A DNA stretch of 64,000 bases. It comes from a virus. Of this stretch, positions 59,058 to 64,000 are shown piece after piece. Location of the stretch: IMG/VR virus record IMGVR_UViG_3300037963_003719, positions 44,335 to 108,334 of that record. One strand, written 5' to 3'. The notes under the pieces are model-generated. The model ran no database searches, was not told where the DNA came from, and worked only from the letters and a program-made list of their open reading frames with translations. Position 1 is the stretch's first letter. Every line of letters begins with the position of its first letter. The position numbers were made by a program, and so were the translations under genes.

Positions 59058-59072
59058 TTAGTTTTTATTACT

Positions 59073-59504
59073 ATGTTAAAAGAATTTTTACAATGGTTTG
59101 AAGGTGAATATGATAACTGGAATCAAGCATCCAGTCACCCTACTTCATTTGCTCATATCATTTTAAAACATGAAAAAGTTTCAAACAATACTTTTCATGT
59201 AACTCAAAGATATAGTCATGAAGAAAAACCATATAGAGATAAAATTATCCAGGTATGTAAGCACAGAGATATCATTGTCATAGAAAATGATCAATGTAAT
59301 CTATTGTTTGAAAAGAAGAACGGTGTTTATAGAGGTGGAACAGTACCTGGTTGTATATTTAAAGAAACTCTTCTTGTAAGTAGAGTGGAGTTAGGTCCCA
59401 GTCATTATGTTGTTATTGATGCTGGTCTTGACCCTGTTACTAAAGAACAAAAGTGGGGATCTGAGAATGGACCTTTTGTTTTTGATAAAAAGATAAATAA
59501 TTAA
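59073..59504 (+). CDS. cpeT: CpeT/CpcT-type phycobilin lyase
   Basis: FEGEYDNWNQA..P..FAHI..PYR..DAGLDP..WGS..GPFVF. Confidence 0.8.
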   Translation: MLKEFLQWFEGEYDNWNQASSHPTSFAHIILKHEKVSNNTFHVTQRYSHEEKPYRDKIIQVCKHRDIIVIENDQCNLLFEKKNGVYRGGTVPGCIFKETLLVSRVELGPSHYVVIDAGLDPVTKEQKWGSENGPFVFDKKINN

Positions 59505-59517
59505 AAAGTTTATTACG

Positions 59518-60012
59518 ATGGCACTAAGGAAAATTGTAACTAATTCAATTAATGATGATGCCGTGACTGGGGATAAGTTGTCCAATGATATGTTGGGTGG
59601 CATTACCCCTGTTGGTGGTATTATCTTATGGTCTGGTGCTGTTGCATCTATTGGAACAGGATCTCTTGTTAATTGGGCATTGTGTGATGGTACAAATGGC
59701 ACTCCAAACCTGACGGATAAATTTGTTGTAGGTGCTGGTAGTGGATACGCTGTTAATGCAACAGGTGGTAGTGCTGATGCAATCGTTGTAACACACACTC
59801 ATAGTATTACTCAAACTGATCATGATCACAGTTACAATACTAATCTAGGTACTGGTGGTGGTCAAGGTTCAGGTGGTGCTGATACGGGATCTACAGGATC
59901 TACTACTGGTGGTGGTCAGGCAAACATCACTATTGATGATGCAGGTTCTTCTGGAACCAATGCAAACCTGCCACCATACTTCTCACTAGCATACATCATG
60001 CGAGTCAGTTGA
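59518..60012 (+). CDS. tail collar / short fibre-like protein
   Basis: PVGGIILWSG..WALCDGTNGTPNLTDKFVVGAG..NLPPYFSLAYIM. Confidence 0.8.
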   Translation: MALRKIVTNSINDDAVTGDKLSNDMLGGITPVGGIILWSGAVASIGTGSLVNWALCDGTNGTPNLTDKFVVGAGSGYAVNATGGSADAIVVTHTHSITQTDHDHSYNTNLGTGGGQGSGGADTGSTGSTTGGGQANITIDDAGSSGTNANLPPYFSLAYIMRVS

Positions 60013-60060
60013 CAAACGCTAGGACACCTGCTATCATGCAAGTGTCCTTTTATTTTTATC

Positions 60061-60327
60061 ATGGTATTTCCAGACGAGTATCAGAAACAACGTCGAGACC
60101 GTATGGGAGACGCTATTGGTGACTACCTGACTGATGAGGAATGTAGTTCTAGGCAAGTGTATGAAGAAATGCTTGCTGAGATACAATCGTGGGTAGATTA
60201 TCATCGTAAGTTCTTGACTAAGGCAGAGCACCTTAGGGATCTTATGATGGGTATGCGTCCTGTAGATTTTGACACTCCACACAAACCTCAAACTCTATAT
60301 GAGGAGATCCTCAATCAAAAGGGTTGA
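60061..60327 (+). CDS. hypothetical protein
   Basis: ORF behind a TTGACA-17-TATCAT promoter. Confidence 0.65.
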   Translation: MVFPDEYQKQRRDRMGDAIGDYLTDEECSSRQVYEEMLAEIQSWVDYHRKFLTKAEHLRDLMMGMRPVDFDTPHKPQTLYEEILNQKG

Positions 60328-60377
60328 CAAAACTTTACATTTCATATATAATTATGTTGTAAAACGTTACAAAGCAA

Positions 60378-60581
60378 ATGACCGTGACTACGAATGATCT
60401 TGGACAGCAGAATCTGTTTGCCAAGGAACCAAGGATGGTAGTAGAAAACTACAACCGTCAAGGTCTTGATTCACCTCAGCAGTATGCTGAGAAATACAAT
60501 GGACGTTGGGCAATGATGGGAATCATTTCTGGTTTCCTCTCCTACGCCATTACTGGTAAATTATTCTTTGGAATTTTCTAA
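60378..60581 (+). CDS. hli: high-light inducible protein
   Basis: AEKYNGRWAMMG motif. Confidence 0.9.
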   Translation: MTVTTNDLGQQNLFAKEPRMVVENYNRQGLDSPQQYAEKYNGRWAMMGIISGFLSYAITGKLFFGIF

Positions 60582-60584
60582 TTA

Positions 60585-60821
60585 ATGAACATCTATGAAG
60601 CGTTTGACAAACTAGGTTGGGATCCAAAAGACGATATTGTTATCGAGATTGCAGGATCTTCGGTCTATGAAATCGAGGGTACAGGGACCAAGTGGTCTCC
60701 TGAAAAGGGTACTGTTAAATACAATAAGGACGCCTTTATCGTGATTAAAAACAAATCACGTGATCCTTTTGTTCCATCAAACCCTAACCCTGATTTAGTA
60801 CCAAACCATGCCAAATCCTAA
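60585..60821 (+). CDS. hypothetical protein
   Basis: KWSPEKGTVKYNKDAFIVIKN. Confidence 0.65.
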   Translation: MNIYEAFDKLGWDPKDDIVIEIAGSSVYEIEGTGTKWSPEKGTVKYNKDAFIVIKNKSRDPFVPSNPNPDLVPNHAKS

Positions 60822-60957
60822 CGCCCTCTATGAGGACATGGAAAAGTTAAATGCCCTGTATGAAGAACTCTGCTGGGGGCACGATGATGAACTTCAGTTC
60901 ACTCATGAGAATGGCAGAGTCGTTATTAAAAACACCACTTTGGAGAACAAACAATGA
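60808..60957 (+). CDS. small hypothetical protein (not in ORF track)
   Basis: MPNPNALYEDMEKLNALYEELCWGHDDELQF...; ATGA-coupled to hli. Confidence 0.6.
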   Translation: MPNPNALYEDMEKLNALYEELCWGHDDELQFTHENGRVVIKNTTLENKQ

Positions 60958-61076
60958 ACAACTTCGGTTTTACTGAAAAGGCAGAAATCCTTAACGCACG
61001 TTTAGCAATGATTGGATTCGTTGCAGCAGTAGGTGCATATGTAACTACTGGACAAATCATCCCAGGTCTCTGGTGA
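60954..61076 (+). CDS. hli: high-light inducible protein (not in ORF track)
   Basis: MNNFGFTEKAEILNARLAMIGFVAAVGAYVTTGQIIPGLW. Confidence 0.9.
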   Translation: MNNFGFTEKAEILNARLAMIGFVAAVGAYVTTGQIIPGLW

Positions 61077-61137
61077 TGGGGTTTGTAGTAGCAGCAGTGC
61101 TGATACTCATTCCTATTGCTGCAGTGGCAAAGAGATC

Positions 61138-61278
61138 ATGACTTATGACTGGACATTACTTCAGACATTACTCTTTATCATCACACCTTTCTTTGTGATG
61201 CTCGCTTTGAGCAGTGAGGATGATGAAGACGATGGTCCAGGTTCAGGCATGATGATGCCAGCAAGCAATCCTGTATAA
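61138..61278 (+). CDS. single-TM microprotein with acidic tail
   Basis: MTYDWTLLQTLLFIITPFFVMLALSSEDDEDDGPGSGMMMPASNPV. Confidence 0.6.
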   Translation: MTYDWTLLQTLLFIITPFFVMLALSSEDDEDDGPGSGMMMPASNPV

Positions 61279-61305
61279 ATAAAATTGAATATCGTCGTCG
61301 CGACT

Positions 61306-61343
61306 AAAGGGACCTCTGCCACATAACAGAAGGTCCCTTTTTT
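61306..61343 (+). terminator. rho-independent terminator
   Basis: AAAGGGACC..GGTCCCTTT stem followed by T-run. Confidence 0.75.
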
Positions 61344-61380
61344 GTGACTATAAATAATTCCATGTCTTTTATTAATTACT

Positions 61381-61575
61381 ATGTCTGCTGATAACGAAAA
61401 CAATGTCCTCTGGAGAGTAACCAGAAAGAAGGACGGACGTACTGAGTATTTGATCTCTGCTCATAAATGGAATCTTGATCCTAGATTTGCAAAACTCTTC
61501 GACACACAGAGAGGAGCGAAAGCATTTATCAAAGAGAATGGTGTTAAAGGTTCTGTTAGGAGACACGAACTTTGA
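61381..61575 (+). CDS. hypothetical protein
   Basis: ORF after late promoter at 61349. Confidence 0.55.
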   Translation: MSADNENNVLWRVTRKKDGRTEYLISAHKWNLDPRFAKLFDTQRGAKAFIKENGVKGSVRRHEL

Positions 61576-61636
61576 TTTGACACCACTGTATATTGTACTA
61601 TAATTAATGGTATACAATTTTATGATAGAGAACTCA

Positions 61637-61801
61637 ATGCCGAGAGGTAATGTAACTAAGAATGATCTTCTCGCAAAGGTCTATAGATTAAAGACAGCAT
61701 TGTATGATGGTCAGTACGAGTATCAAAATGGTGAATGGCATGATGGTGCTCACTATGCATTAAATAAAGTTCTAGACCTATTGAATGAATATGCAAGATA
61801 A
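61637..61801 (+). CDS. hypothetical protein
   Basis: MPRGNVTK..WHDGAHYALNKVLD; sigma70 promoter at 61577. Confidence 0.6.
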   Translation: MPRGNVTKNDLLAKVYRLKTALYDGQYEYQNGEWHDGAHYALNKVLDLLNEYAR

Positions 61802-61898
61802 CGAAGAACAAAAACAAGAACCCAATCGAATCTACGAAGCAACAGAAAAAGATTGGGAAGATTTCTGGTACAATGAGGACAAACCAAATGAAACCTGA
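61791..61898 (+). CDS. acidic microprotein (not in ORF track)
   Basis: MQDNEEQKQEPNRIYEATEKDWEDFWYNEDKPNET; overlaps both neighbours. Confidence 0.4.
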   Translation: MQDNEEQKQEPNRIYEATEKDWEDFWYNEDKPNET

Positions 61899-62070
61899 AG
61901 AAATTAAACTAAGCACAACATCAAGACAATTTCATTACGAAACCATTTCTAGAGAACTTGAGGGGTGTAATGATGTAAAAGAATTAAAAGAAATTTGTCG
62001 TGCATGGATTAAATTGTATATGAAGCAGCAAGAGACCCTTACAATGATCGGCATCCCAGATGCAAAATGA
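61888..62070 (+). CDS. small helical protein, NblA-like pattern
   Basis: LSTTSRQFHYETISREL..LKEICRAWIKLYMKQQET. Confidence 0.55.
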   Translation: MKPEEIKLSTTSRQFHYETISRELEGCNDVKELKEICRAWIKLYMKQQETLTMIGIPDAK

Positions 62071-62191
62071 TCGGAACTGCTTGGTCGCTTCACTAACTGT
62101 CCTATTCCTCCTCACACTGGGCACCATTGCGTTAGGATACGTTCATGGAGGGATGGACATCACCAAAGTTTACCACTCCATCAGGGGTTGA
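62060..62191 (+). CDS. single-TM microprotein (not in ORF track)
   Basis: MQNDRNCLVASLTVLFLLTLGTIALGYVHGGMDITKVYHSIRG. Confidence 0.5.
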   Translation: MQNDRNCLVASLTVLFLLTLGTIALGYVHGGMDITKVYHSIRG

Positions 62192-62221
62192 CAAAAGTCA
62201 AATTCTCCTGTATTATAAATA
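62188..62221 (+). promoter_or_regulatory. psbA promoter, sigma70 plus late
   Basis: TTGACA-17-TATTAT overlapping TATAAATA. Confidence 0.75.
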
Positions 62222-62261
62222 CCTGAACGAGTTACGAAACGTAAAGTTTTTTGTTCGTCTT

Positions 62262-62340
62262 CACACACGCCTCACCAGGACTAAACAGCGTGTCTAAACA
62301 ACAGTCCTTCATACCCACACTGGAGGGTGGTGTGGGAATA
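62262..62340 (+). ncRNA. psbA 5' UTR structured RNA (PhotoRC-II-like)
   Basis: Interleaved stems ACACGC/GCGTGT and AGGACT/AGTCCT (pseudoknot) plus CCCACAC/GTGTGGG hairpin. Confidence 0.65.
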
Positions 62341-62386
62341 CTTTATCTGTCGCATCCCTAGCGATCTTTCTTACCCTTTTTCAAAA

Positions 62387-63463
62387 ATGACAACTCTTTC
62401 AAGGCAACAATCACAATCCACCTGGGAGTCCTTCTGCCAGTGGGTTACCTCTACAAACAATCGTCTTTACGTCGGTTGGTTCGGTGTGCTGATGATCCCA
62501 ACTCTGTTGGCAGCAACCGTTTGCTTCATTACTGCGTTTGTCGCTGCTCCTCCTGTGGACATCGACGGCATTCGTGAACCAGTCGCTGGTTCTCTGATGT
62601 ACGGTAACAACATCATCTCTGGTGCTGTTGTGCCCTCTTCCAACGCAATTGGTCTTCACTTCTACCCCATTTGGGAAGCAGCATCTTTGGATGAATGGCT
62701 TTACAATGGTGGTCCTTACCAACTGGTCGTATTCCACTTTCTCATTGGCGTCTTTTGCTACATGGGTCGTGAGTGGGAACTGTCTTACCGTCTTGGTATG
62801 CGCCCTTGGATCTGTGTGGCATATTCCGCTCCTGTTGCTGCTGCCTCAGCAGTGTTCCTTGTTTATCCTTTTGGTCAAGGAAGTTTCTCAGATGGAATGC
62901 CTCTCGGAATCTCTGGTACATTTAACTACATGCTTGTCTTCCAAGCTGAGCACAACATCCTGATGCACCCCTTCCACATGCTGGGAGTTGCTGGTGTCTT
63001 TGGTGGTTCACTGTTCTCTGCAATGCATGGTTCACTGGTTACCTCTTCACTCGTTCGTGAAACGACTGAAACTGAGTCCCAGAACTACGGTTATAAGTTC
63101 GGTCAAGAAGAAGAGACCTACAACATCGTCGCCGCTCACGGTTACTTTGGTCGTCTCATCTTCCAATACGCTTCATTCAACAACTCACGTTCCCTGCACT
63201 TCTTCCTTGCTGCATGGCCTGTTGTTGGAATCTGGTTCACTGCACTGGGCGTAAGCACCATGGCATTCAACCTCAACGGTTTCAACTTCAACCAGTCCAT
63301 TGTCACTAACCAAGGTCAAGTCCTGAACACCTGGGCAGACGTACTCAACCGTGCTGGTCTGGGTATGGAAGTAATGCATGAGCGTAACGCTCACAACTTC
63401 CCACTCGATCTCGCCGCTGCTGAGTCAACTCCTGTTGCACTCCAAGCACCTGCTATCGGTTGA
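62387..63463 (+). CDS. psbA: photosystem II D1 protein
   Basis: [27 protein letters not shown]; uninterrupted. Confidence 0.99.
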   Translation: MTTLSRQQSQSTWESFCQWVTSTNNRLYVGWFGVLMIPTLLAATVCFITAFVAAPPVDIDGIREPVAGSLMYGNNIISGAVVPSSNAIGLHFYPIWEAASLDEWLYNGGPYQLVVFHFLIGVFCYMGREWELSYRLGMRPWICVAYSAPVAAASAVFLVYPFGQGSFSDGMPLGISGTFNYMLVFQAEHNILMHPFHMLGVAGVFGGSLFSAMHGSLVTSSLVRETTETESQNYGYKFGQEEETYNIVAAHGYFGRLIFQYASFNNSRSLHFFLAAWPVVGIWFTALGVSTMAFNLNGFNFNQSIVTNQGQVLNTWADVLNRAGLGMEVMHERNAHNFPLDLAAAESTPVALQAPAIG

Positions 63464-63484
63464 TACTAGTTACATAATCTAATT

Positions 63485-63506
63485 AAGGGGTCTACGGACC
63501 CCTTTT
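63485..63506 (+). terminator. rho-independent terminator
   Basis: AAGGGGTC-TACG-GACCCCTT followed by Ts. Confidence 0.8.
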
Positions 63507-63534
63507 GTTTTCTCTTCATTTATTAAGTTTTATT

Positions 63535-63810
63535 ATGTCGGATCTAATTTATCTTTTGACCAAGCAGACGTTTGAAGTAACAGCAAATCATACCATTGCT
63601 GAGTTTCTAGCAGGGTATGTATTCGGTGCAGCATTAATTATTGGTGCTCCTGCTGTATTTCTCTTCATTGCTTTTATGTCTGCTCTCCAGAATACAAAGG
63701 GAAGACAAGTTGGATATAAAGATTATAGAGATTACGGTCCTTCAATATGTTATGAACCGAAATTAAAAATTGATCGAGGACCCGCTACAATTCAAATTTC
63801 AGGTAATTAA
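63535..63810 (+). CDS. hypothetical membrane protein between psbA and psbD
   Basis: Hydrophobic segment [25 protein letters not shown]. Confidence 0.6.
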   Translation: MSDLIYLLTKQTFEVTANHTIAEFLAGYVFGAALIIGAPAVFLFIAFMSALQNTKGRQVGYKDYRDYGPSICYEPKLKIDRGPATIQISGN

Positions 63811-63812
63811 AA

Positions 63813-64000
63813 ATGACAACAAGTACACTTAACATTCCACAGCGGGGGTGGTTTGATGTCCTGGACGACTGGCTTAAACGAGATCGCTTTGTCTTTGTGG
63901 GTTGGTCTGGACTATTACTTTTTCCCACTGCTTATCTTGCCATTGGTGGTTGGCTTACTGGGACAACTTTTGTTACGTCTTGGTACACCCATGGTCTTGC
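63813..64000 (+). CDS. psbD: photosystem II D2 protein (3' partial)
   Basis: [62 protein letters not shown]. Confidence 0.97.
   Translation, partial: MTTSTLNIPQRGWFDVLDDWLKRDRFVFVGWSGLLLFPTAYLAIGGWLTGTTFVTSWYTHGL

Noticed and set aside
58833-59072. 80-aa N-terminal extension of cpeT in the ORF track
   Set aside because: It runs through the structured RNA and tRNA-Gly; the CpeT-like sequence starts at ATG 59073
62107-62118. CCTCCTCACAC resembling the Yfr1 sRNA motif
   Set aside because: Imperfect match lying inside a plausible small membrane ORF, without the flanking hairpins
62327-62386. N-terminal extension of psbA
   Set aside because: D1 begins MTT at 62387; the upstream part is the structured leader

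Overview
This window is part of an AT-rich T4-like cyanomyovirus (Kyanoviridae-type) genome, almost all on the + strand. It runs: variable tail-fibre/LamG adhesin region (1-5.7 kb); neck, terminase, tail and head genes g13-g23 and g3; uvsY, uvsW, g55, g47, g46; a vWA-peptidase/CobS-like AAA pair and pebS; g45, g44, a PD-(D/E)XK-like gene, dam, g62, regA; a convergent cluster of seven membrane or secreted proteins; hsp20 and a nucleotidyltransferase; g43, uvsX, g41, mazG, g61, nrdA, nrdB; four tRNAs, a manA-like RNA and cpeT; two hli genes, psbA and the start of psbD. psbA plus psbD, pebS, cpeT and tRNAs for A-ending codons point to a marine Synechococcus/Prochlorococcus host. The least explained elements are: (i) the late-expressed seven-gene envelope cluster with two paralogous secreted beta-proteins; (ii) two restriction-endonuclease-like genes, one coupled to dam, plus apparent absence of CCGG; (iii) capsid-targeted proteins that look like gp21-processed polyproteins; (iv) promoters repeatedly embedded in hairpins, a bidirectional promoter at g55 and an NtcA box; (v) several small promoter-to-terminator RNAs. 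All calls come from reading the sequence and recalling family motifs; no searches were run.
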